In this document: positions 1 through 9,271 of the stretch, piece by piece
Layout of the letters: every line of letters starts with the position of its first letter
Numbering within the stretch: the first letter of the stretch is position 1
Source: Mesotaenium endlicherianum
Lineage: Eukaryota
Direction: 5' to 3'
NCBI GenBank assembly: GCA_009602735.1
Contig: WELA01001098.1
Span: 297,481 to 338,578 of the forward strand
DNA length: 41,098 nucleotides
The notes under the pieces: generated by a model
The model's input: the letters and a program-made list of their open reading frames with translations, nothing else
The model's database searches: none
Told to the model about the DNA's origin: nothing
Position numbers and translations under genes: made by a program

Positions 1-724
1 GCCCCTCCGCCCGTTCCCCCTCCCACCTGCCTGCCAGCCCTCTCCATCCATTGAAACGTCCATCCCTCCTTCTGGCCCCTCCTCCTTTGCCCCTCTCAGG
101 CCCCCCTCTGTCCCTCCGTCCCTCCATCCCTTTTGCCCCCTTCCACCTGCTTCTTTTGCGCGCGTGCTCGCACTCGCGCTGGCCCTTTGCGCTCTTTCTC
201 CACTCTTCATACTCCCCGCGAACGGCTTTCTCCTTGTGCTCCTTTCTGCGGTCCGCACCCTCCCCTGTCCCCCTCGCTCTGCTTCCTCCCCTTCCGTCCT
301 TTTTCCTCCTCCCCTTCCTTCCCTTCTTCCTCCTCTTCTTCCACTCTCCTTTCATTCTTCCTCCTCCTTGTCTCTCCCCCGCTTCAGCTTTCCCCTGCTT
401 CTCTTGGTCTGTCTTTCTCTCTCCTCTTCTTCCTCAAGTACCCTATCTTCTTTCCTACCAAGAGGCCCTTCATCTCTGAGCCCGAGTCTTCTTCGCCATT
501 GGTGGAGGAGTGTTGTTGTTCGCGGCAACAACATCCACCATCCACCTCCGATGCTCTTTCTCACACAAGCACGTTGCCTGCTTTCATGCTTTCTCACATG
601 CAAGCAAGTTGCGTGCTCTCTCTCTCTCTGCACTCTCTTCCTCTTCTGTCTCTCTTCTCCTCTCCCTCTTCCATTTTCCCTCTCTGTCTTTCCCCCTCTC
701 TTTTCCTCTCAATCTCTTCTGCAG

Positions 725-1019
725 GCGCGGCTGCTCCTGGAGTGCCAGGTGTCGGCGTGCTGGCAGGGCTGCCTCATCTCAGGAGCATCGACCTCAGAGG
801 GGCACAGGTGGCGGACGCAGCGTGCCTGGAGCTGGCAAGCGTCACGCGCCTGACAGCTGTCATCCTCACGGGGGCTCTGCTGTCCGACAGCTGTCTGCCA
901 CATCTGGCTGGTACGCTCGTGTGCTCTGCCAGTGTGAATGTTTACAAAACACACATCCAAACACACACATATATGTATATATATTTTTACATATGTGTAG
1001 TGTGTATATCTACATTATA

Positions 1020-1076
<57 letters not shown>

Positions 1077-3085
1077 TTGTATATATGTTTGACCTGCATA
1101 TTAACTTTTGCATCTTCGTTTTGTTCCACTACGAGGTTTCTCTTGCTTGACCCTCATTTCCTACGTTCATTTTCACACGTGGGGTACGCGGCACAGCTAT
1201 GAGGCAAAGCCAAAGGAACCTCCTCCTCCTCCCACGAGACATCGGACGCACAGGTCTGCAAACAAACAGATAGGCGCCTCAAAGGCGTCAGACCTCACTC
1301 GCTCTCTTAACGCACTGATCCGGGCGCGTGTCCGTCTGGCTCGCTCCCCTCCCCGCCTCCACTGTTCCATCCGACTTCGTCACTGTGCGCCGTCACTCGA
1401 TCGACACCGGACATTGTGTTTGAACGTCGATGCTGCCACGTCAGCGCAACCAGTGCGCCCTGCCTGCTCTGCTGCGAGCTCAAACCCCGAACCCTTCGCA
1501 CCCGCAAAGGCACTGCTGCCCCCTTCTGAGTTTTTGTGCTCTCACTGTCAATACAACCACCGCGTCTTTCCCTTTTGTTGTGTGCAGATGCCCACACGCA
1601 GCCCTGCCTGCGGCAATGTTGAGAAATTTGGGCTGATATGTGTGTGAATGCATATGTATCTATATACATGTCTATGTATGTGTGTGTGTGTGTGTGTGTA
1701 GTTGTCAATTTTATTTTTTGTTCAATGTGCACACAGCCCTGCCGCAGCCTTTGAGGTTTCATGTCCTACTTGCGAACGTGACAACCACACACATACGCCT
1801 TCCCACTCTGTGCAAACGCAGCCCTGCCGCAGCCTCCGGAACTTCAGGTGTCAGATATCAGCTCATATTGCTTACGCAATAAACAGACCCACACGTCTTC
1901 TTTCACTCAGTGCAATCGCAGCCCTGTCTCAGCCTTCAAGGCAATGCTCCATGGCGAGCGTAACCAACAAAACATAATTCCTTTCCATCTTCTTCATTTC
2001 CTCTTACTGTGTGCGTACGTAGCCCTGCTGCCTCCGGCTTCAACTTCATCCCCAATGTAGCCAGCCAACTTTAACGACTTTAGCATTCTCACACTCTGTG
2101 CGAACGCAGCCCTGCCGCGGCCTTCTGGCGGGCTCCAGCTCTATCATGAGCGTAAACGTGACTAACGGACATGACTCCTCTTGTTTTTCTTTTTCTCACT
2201 GTGTGTGAACGTAGCCCTGCCGCGGCTGGAGCGCCTCAGGGTGGGCGACGCGCTTCTCACGGACGTGGGCCTGCGTCGATTCTCCTCGCCCCCCCCGCTG
2301 CGCCACCTGGACCTCTCAGGCTGCTGGCTGCTGACGAGGCAGGGCCTGGCGGAGCTCGCGCAGAGGTGCCCCCGCGTGCATGTGGTTCACGAGCTGGCGG
2401 CGGCGGGGCCCGCCAGCTCAGGGGCCGCCAGCTCAGCGCCCACTTCGCCCCCGGCACGCAACGCCTGGCAGGACGAGCTCACGGCAAACGCCACGCGGGG
2501 CCCCGCTGGCGCTCCTGGCGGCAGTGTGGCTGGGGGAAATTTGGCGGGCCAAAGGGAGAGCAGTAGGTGGGCCGTCAGGAGCATGCTAGACGAGGAGGGG
2601 GGGTGGGGGGAGTGGGGAGGGCAGAGAGGAGAAGTCAANNNNNNNNNNNNNNNNNNNNNNNNNNNNNNNNNNNNNNNNNNNNNNNNNNNNNNNNNNNNNN
2701 NNNNNNNNNNNNNNNNNNNNNNNNNNNNNNNNNNNNNNNNNNNNNNNNNNNNNNNNNNNNNNNNNNNNNNNNNNNNNNNNNNNNNNNNNNNNNNNNNNNN
2801 NNNNNNNNNNNNNNNNNNNNNNNNNNNNNNNNNNNNNNNNNNNNNNNNNNNNNNNNNNNNNNNNNNNNNNNNNNNNNNNNNNNNNNNNNNNNNNNNNNNN
2901 NNNNNNNNNNNNNNNNNNNNNNNNNNNNNNNNNNNNNNNNNNNNNNNNNNNNNNNNNNNNNNNNNNNNNNNNNNNNNNNNNNNNNNNNNNNNNNNNNNNN
3001 NNNNNNNNNNNNNNNNNNNNNNNNNNNNNNNNNNNNNNNNNNNNNNNNNNNNNNNNNNNNNNNNNNNNNNNNNNNNNNNNNNNNN

Positions 3086-3130
<45 letters not shown>

Positions 3131-6128
3131 TTGTATATATGTTTGACCTGCATATTAACTTTTGCATCTTCGTTTTGTTCCACTACGAGGTTTCTCTTGC
3201 TTGACCCTCATTTCCTACGTTCATTTTCACACGTGGGGTACGCGGCACAGCTATGAGGCAAAGCCAAAGGAACCTCCTCCTCCTCCCACGAGACATCGGA
3301 CGCACAGGTCTGCAAACAAACAGATAGGCGCCTCAAAGGCGTCAGACCTCACTCGCTCTCTTAACGCACTGATCCGGGCGCGTGTCCGTCTGGCTCGCTC
3401 CCCTCCCCGCCTCCACTGTTCCATCCGACTTCGTCACTGTGCGCCGTCACTCGATCGACACCGGACATTGTGTTTGAACGTCGATGCTGCCACGTCAGCG
3501 CAACCAGTGCGCCCTGCCTGCTCTGCTGCGAGCTCAAACCCCGAACCCTTCGCACCCGCAAAGGCACTGCTGCCCCCTTCTGAGTTTTTGTGCTCTCACT
3601 GTCAATACAACCACCGCGTCTTTCCCTTTTGTTGTGTGCAGATGCCCACACGCAGCCCTGCCTGCGGCAATGTTGAGAAATTTGGGCTGATATGTGTGTG
3701 AATGCATATGTATCTATATACATGTCTATGTATGTGTGTGTGTGTGTGTGTGTAGTTGTCAATTTTATTTTTTGTTCAATGTGCACACAGCCCTGCCGCA
3801 GCCTTTGAGGTTTCATGTCCTACTTGCGAACGTGACAACCACACACATACGCCTTCCCACTCTGTGCAAACGCAGCCCTGCCGCAGCCTCCGGAACTTCA
3901 GGTGTCAGATATCAGCTCATATTGCTTACGCAATAAACAGACCCACACGTCTTCTTTCACTCAGTGCAATCGCAGCCCTGTCTCAGCCTTCAAGGCAATG
4001 CTCCATGGCGAGCGTAACCAACAAAACATAATTCCTTTCCATCTTCTTCATTTCCTCTTACTGTGTGCGTACGTAGCCCTGCTGCCTCCGGCTTCAACTT
4101 CATCCCCAATGTAGCCAGCCAACTTTAACGACTTTAGCATTCTCACACTCTGTGCGAACGCAGCCCTGCCGCGGCCTTCTGGCGGGCTCCAGCTCTATCA
4201 TGAGCGTAAACGTGACTAACGGACATGACTCCTCTTGTTTTTCTTTTTCTCACTGTGTGTGAACGTAGCCCTGCCGCGGCTGGAGCGCCTCAGGGTGGGC
4301 GACGCGCTTCTCACGGACGTGGGCCTGCGTCGATTCTCCTCGCCCCCCCCGCTGCGCCACCTGGACCTCTCAGGCTGCTGGCTGCTGACGAGGCAGGGCC
4401 TGGCGGAGCTCGCGCAGAGGTGCCCCCGCGTGCATGTGGTTCACGAGCTGGCGGCGGCGGGGCCCGCCAGCTCAGGGGCCGCCAGCTCAGCGCCCACTTC
4501 GCCCCCGGCACGCAACGCCTGGCAGGACGAGCTCACGGCAAACGCCACGCGGGGCCCCGCTGGCGCTCCTGGCGGCAGTGTGGCTGGGGGAAATTTGGCG
4601 GGCCAAAGGGAGAGCAGTAGGTGGGCCGTCAGGAGCATGCTAGACGAGGAGGGGGGGTGGGGGGAGTGGGGAGGGCAGAGAGGAGAAGTCAAATCCGCCC
4701 AGGGTGCCGGCGCCTCTTTGGGCCAGGGCCGCGAGGGGGGAGGCGGAGGGTGGGCTGGGGAAGGCTTGCCAGCTGGCGCTGCATCTGCAAGGGGCGGCAG
4801 AAAGGGGAGCAGGAGAAGCAGTCGAGGCGCTCAGGAGAAAGGGGGGGCCGTTGGGGGGGTGCGGGGCGGGGCGGGACAGCTGGCAGGGTCGAGGCAGGGG
4901 ACGGCAGGGGTGCCGCCATCGTCGATGACGTCGCCGCTGTCGTTATATGGAGGGAAAGGCTCCGCTGTGCCCTCCTCGCTGTCGTTGGCCAGAGGGGGAG
5001 GCTCCACAAGAGAGATCGGTATGTGAGAGGAGACCGGCAGCTCTCCTCCCTCTCCTCCTTTTGAACTCGCACGGTCAAAGGCACTTGTGGATGCGCGTCA
5101 GATTGCCGCGCACACATGCACGCACGCACACACACATGGACGCAGCTCTTTCCCCCCCCCCTTCTTCTTTTCAAACTCGCATGCTCACTGGCACTTGTAC
5201 GTGCGTGCGAGAACCTCGCACACACGTGCACTTGTATACGCAGACACGCCCACACACATGCACACACACGCGCACACACACACACGCAGGAGTGCGCTTA
5301 CGCATGCTCACGCTCACATAAGAACACACAAACATACATACACATGCACACACACACACACACATGCATGCACGTGCGTGCGTAGGACAGAACACCTCCA
5401 GGATGGGCGCCTGTTTGAGGGGAGATCTGGGGCAGTGGGCCAGCAGCGAGCCAGAAACTAATTTTGTACTAAAAAGAAAAAATTGGCCTGTTGTTAATAT
5501 CATGTACTTCATGGAGTATCAAACGAGAGGCAGGGAAGGGGATGTCTGACTCTGGCCATCTATGTCTAGTGATGTCATTCATGGAGTAGAAAAGAAAGAG
5601 GGAGAAGGAGGGAGAGCGTTGATGACATGTGTTCAAGACGGGGGTAAAGCCCCAGCTAGCTGCATTTAAGAAAATTGACAAAATTATACAAAAACACAAA
5701 AACACAATAGCAATATTCAAGTGCGCCTTACAACGTAACCAGCATTGTGTGTTGGTAATGCACGCCTCCACGGCTTCAATTCCTTGAAAGCCTTGCAAGT
5801 GAAGGTCAGCATTGGTCATGGCTTTAAGTTTCCGCCCTCAATTCCGGTGCCCAAATGTTGAGTGTCGATTTTGTGGAAGACCACTGTCTGAAGCATGGGG
5901 CTCAAATGGTTTTCAAATGTTGAGTGTCAGTTTCACAAAGACCAGCCACTTGAGCATGGGGCTCACCCGCCAGAACGTGGGAGGTGTGTGTGCACGTTCA
6001 CTTGCGCAGATGAACGGCGGAGGTACGGCCGGCAGCAGCTGCTCGCCCTCTGCCCGCGCTCGCCGGGGGCTCCGCACGAGCTCCCGCTCCTCAAGACCGA
6101 CCCCCTGCTCTCTGCAGTGTTTGAGTAG
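725..6128 (+). CDS. Leucine-rich repeat (LRR) protein, 3' part; exons 725-910, 4269-5018 (duplicated partial copy 2215-2638), 6010-6128; 5' exons lie upstream of the window
   Basis: All junctions are GT-AG in phase 1: gcag|GC..CTG|gtacgc, cgtag|CC..TCG|gtatgt, cgcag|AT..TAG. The translation shows LRR units ([63 protein letters not shown]), a Gly/Ala-rich linker and a C-terminus [14 protein letters not shown]...SAVFE*. From memory it resembles land-plant LRR proteins such as Arabidopsis At4g23840; not checked by search. Confidence 0.85.
1590..2232 (+). repeat. Degenerate tandem array of 7 units (85-135 bp), each carrying a copy of the intron 3' end plus exon start; repeated at +2054 in the duplicated copy
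   Basis: A core close to CACTSTGTGCRAACGYAG|CCCTGCCGCRGCCT recurs with its AG ending at 1601, 1736, 1821, 1921, 2022, 2109 and 2214 (the first two units match less fully). The last one is the functional acceptor. Confidence 0.85.
3086..4692. other. Copy of 1032-2638 on the far side of the N-gap 2639-3085; probable assembly artefact (unmerged contig overlap)
   Basis: Offset of 2054 bp, no differences seen by eye, identical ORF tracks. The copy starts in a (TA)n tract and the first copy ends exactly at the gap. Confidence 0.85.
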
Positions 6129-7377
6129 TCGTCGATCTGGGGACTTGTATCGCAACTCGCATTTCTTTCGGCGCTCTAGTACATATTGCATTTGAGTATG
6201 CGGCAACCTTAGTAGCGTACTGATTTTGGGAGCTGTAGCATAGATCGCATACTTTTTGAGGAGTACATGCATTCCCCATTTTTGGTTTCCTTTCATAGAT
6301 ATGCCTTTCCTGAAAGCATCCATCTCGCCCTGGCTAGTGCGGGTGTGAGCGAGGAGCGCATTGACTCGCTGTAGTGTGATCAACAGTCCCGCTAAACTGA
6401 GGGCACCTGTAGTGTGGGTGGCCATTGCACCGCATAAATCATGATCGGGGTATACTCAACAAGCTTTGGGGCACATAAGTACCTTGGAAAGTAAATGGCC
6501 AGGGCATTAGAATGTATGGGAGGGGGGGTGAGGTTCTAGCCTTACTTTGAAAGTTAGAGGATGTTTTAGGCTGAAGCGCATGAGTGCGCCTGTGCTGCGC
6601 AATGATTGTTTAGTCACAAGGGCTACTCGGAGTTGATGTGAACAATCGGTCCAGCCATAGGTGGTGCAATACTGTGGACATATAATGTGAATCACATCAT
6701 ACAATCTGCAAGCAATTCTGAGTTATTGCGGCAGGAGATGAGCCTCCAGATTTTGTGCTTTTTTTAAATTGCGCTTAATATTTAATGCATGATAATATTT
6801 AGTCACAATGACCGCATGTTACACACTTTTCACCGCATATGGTGGTAATACTATTCGGGGTTGAATTTTGAGCATATTTAAAAAGAGGAGAAATGTTGCT
6901 CACAAGGAAGGCGAAAGTACTGCATATGTCATGCTTATGTGAAGAAATAAAAGGTCAAGTTTCATGTTATGTTGAATAATAATGTACAAATGAACCAAAC
7001 ATGTAAGGTTACTCCTTATAGCATGCAAAGCTCTACCTTTATGCTTGGCGTTACAAGCTTTGACCAGTTCCTTAAGTGGTAGAGGGGTATAGTACTTCAT
7101 AACCTCTTACAAGCATTGTTGTTGAGCTATATGCGCTCTCTATGAAAAAAAAAAGTGTTTGAAATAGAGGGAGACAGCGTCAACTAGCTACGGAACCGGA
7201 AGTCAATTGTCCAGTGTGTGTCTCGTTAGTTTGATTCAATTGAAATCCTTATTTTGAGCAAATCCAAGTCTCGTCTGAAGTCTCCAACACTCAGTCTCCA
7301 GCACTCCCGAGTGGCGCTCTCTCTTGCTCCTCTCCAGTCCAATTCATTGCAATATGTGGTGCAATTTGTTGCCTTTG

Positions 7378-8730
7378 GTAAGGTGCCCCTCACGTAACTC
7401 TTGTGAGGGGAACATTAGTAAGGGTGTTCGCTCGTGTGAGCTCTAGTTTGTATGTTCATTCGAATATGTTTTCGTATCTGTACCAAATGTGTATGCGTCC
7501 GACCTGGATCGACGGGAAAGCGTTTGATTCAGACTGATCTTATCTCTCGCGGCTCGCCCAATGTCGAGCGCCATAAAAGTTACCCTTCTCAAAAAGGGCA
7601 AATTACAGTTTAACCATCGATTGACGCTGTGAGACAAGATTCACCATCGAATTGTGCAAATTGGACAAAGATGTAGAGATTCTTCCAAAATGGACAAATT
7701 TATTACGTCTTCGTCTTGAACCTCTCATAATGTTTACTACTGAGAACAAAGGTTTTGCTTATCGCTAGGTCGGATTAGTAAACTCGTGTAAAGCAAGACA
7801 CGCATGAACAATTGTGTGAATTCGTTGCTCTCACAGCTCACGCATGGGGGGGAAACTGGCGCTAAATCTTTGAATTTGGGTCGCTATAATTTTGAATCCT
7901 TTCACTAATTTTCCCAGCTTTTAGGCACTATTTTACCCAAATTCCTAGAGGCAATTGTCATATAGGGCGCGGAATTTATGCAACGAAGAGTCGTGAAGGT
8001 TGAAGCTTTGCACGAATTAAGAGGTTTGGAAGAAAGAACTAAAATGCGGTCAGTGAAATTGGGCACTTGTTTAGTTCATTTTTTGCAATAGAAAAAGATT
8101 GTCAAATGAAATTTGCATGTGGAAATTGCTCGCACGACTTTTACAGGTAATAAATGGAAGTGCTCTACAACACTCGTAGTACAAATTTATACTAAAAGTA
8201 CGCATTGAGAAAGTAGCAAAAAAGTTCCAAGACGAATATGTGGTATATTTGTCCAAATTAGAAGAATCTATACATCTTTGTCCAATTTGAACAAACCGAT
8301 GGTGAATCTGGTCTCACGGCGTCAATCGATGGTTAAAGTGTAATTTGCCCTTTCGAAAATTAGGCATTTTGTAGACCCTCTTTTCTGAGGCATTACGCTC
8401 TTTGGGTTTTTGTGAACGGCCATGGCGAGGTGAAGCAAGGCGAAACCTTGCTTGGGCTGCGAGGTAGCTCATGACGGGGCGTGGGTGAGGGCGCTCTCGG
8501 TCACATGGGTTTGTGGGGTGAGGGGGGTTGGAGCAGATGCTGGTGGGCAGCAATGGCCGCTGTAGCAGGCGGCCATGGTTGCCTGCTTGTTAAGAGGGGC
8601 GTGAGGAAGAGAGGGTGGTAAGGGGAGGGGAGGGTGGCTATGGTGGGAGGGTGAGGGATGGAGGGAGGGAGGGAAGGGGGGAGGTCATTGCGTCGACAGA
8701 GGTCACTCTGTTTCAACAACTCGTTCGTCG
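7378..8730. mobile_element. Dispersed non-coding repeat, copy 1, interrupted by a MULE-like MITE; conserved terminal hairpin
   Basis: Co-linear similarity to 39764-40342: TAAGGYGCCCCTCACGTAA...GTGAGGGG start, CGGCCATGGCGAG, AGGTAGCTCRTGAYGGGG, GAGGGCGCTCT, TGCTGGTGGGCAGC, a GA-rich tract and TTGCGTCGACA. The right boundary is approximate. Confidence 0.75.
7596..8350. mobile_element. Non-autonomous Mutator-like (MULE) MITE, 755 bp
   Basis: 123-bp terminal inverted repeats (7596-7718 and 8228-8350) starting GGGCAAATTACA, with about 15 mismatches by hand alignment. Flanked by a degenerate 9-bp target-site duplication TCTCAAAAA / TTTCGAAAA (7/9). The interior is AT-rich with no transposase ORF. 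Confidence 0.85.
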
Positions 8731-9271
8731 CGATCTCTCGCAGCGGCTTTGAGGGGAAAACTGGGGGTAAATTGTCGGTTCCTTACAAACAACGACATCG
8801 ATCGAGGCCGGAAAAATTATAAATAGGGGTTGGCTCAAATTGGCTGCCTGTTCGCTGCAGTTTAAGCTGCTGCTCGTGCACCCATCTCCTTTCTCCTGCT
8901 GCCAGCTCGCTACTCACACGTACCCTCCTGACTTCATGATAGATGGTCTTTCTTTTACCGCTTGTCGAGGACCTGTTGTATTTTGTATTGTGTCACAACA
9001 ATTGCTTCTTTTCACATCCATTCAGCTGGCTCACGACGTAGGTAGCTCACAGTCAGCGAGAGAAGGACTCCTAGATGTCAGGTGCAGATTGCTGTTCTGC
9101 AACTGTATGTTTTAGTTATCAACTAGGTGTTTCTGTCCGGTTTCTTGGTGTCAAACTGTGAAGCTTCTCAAATCTGTCGGTATTTTTTGAGCGAGTAACA
9201 GCTGTACATTACATCTCTGCTCGTTCACTCAGAGAAAGCTTGGTAACAGGCAAACCCGAGGGCAGGGAGGC

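Noticed and set aside
51..720. Long overlapping ORFs rich in Pro/Ser/Leu/Phe
   Set aside because: CT-rich intronic low-complexity sequence that lacks stops by composition.
1590..2232. CRISPR-like array (conserved ~30-bp core with variable spacers)
   Set aside because: Eukaryotic intron, degenerate cores, irregular spacing, spacers related to each other, no cas genes, and the core is the gene's own splice junction.
1032..4692. Tandem duplication of an LRR exon (possible mutually exclusive exons)
   Set aside because: The two 1.6-kb copies appear identical, including microsatellites, and abut an N-gap, which is the signature of unmerged overlapping contigs. Read depth or long reads would settle it.
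5087..5512. His/Thr- or Cys/Val-rich ORFs here and at about 11.3, 13.1, 13.9, 26.2 and 28.3 kb
   Set aside because: Translations of (CA)n/(GT)n/(CACG)n microsatellites inside introns.
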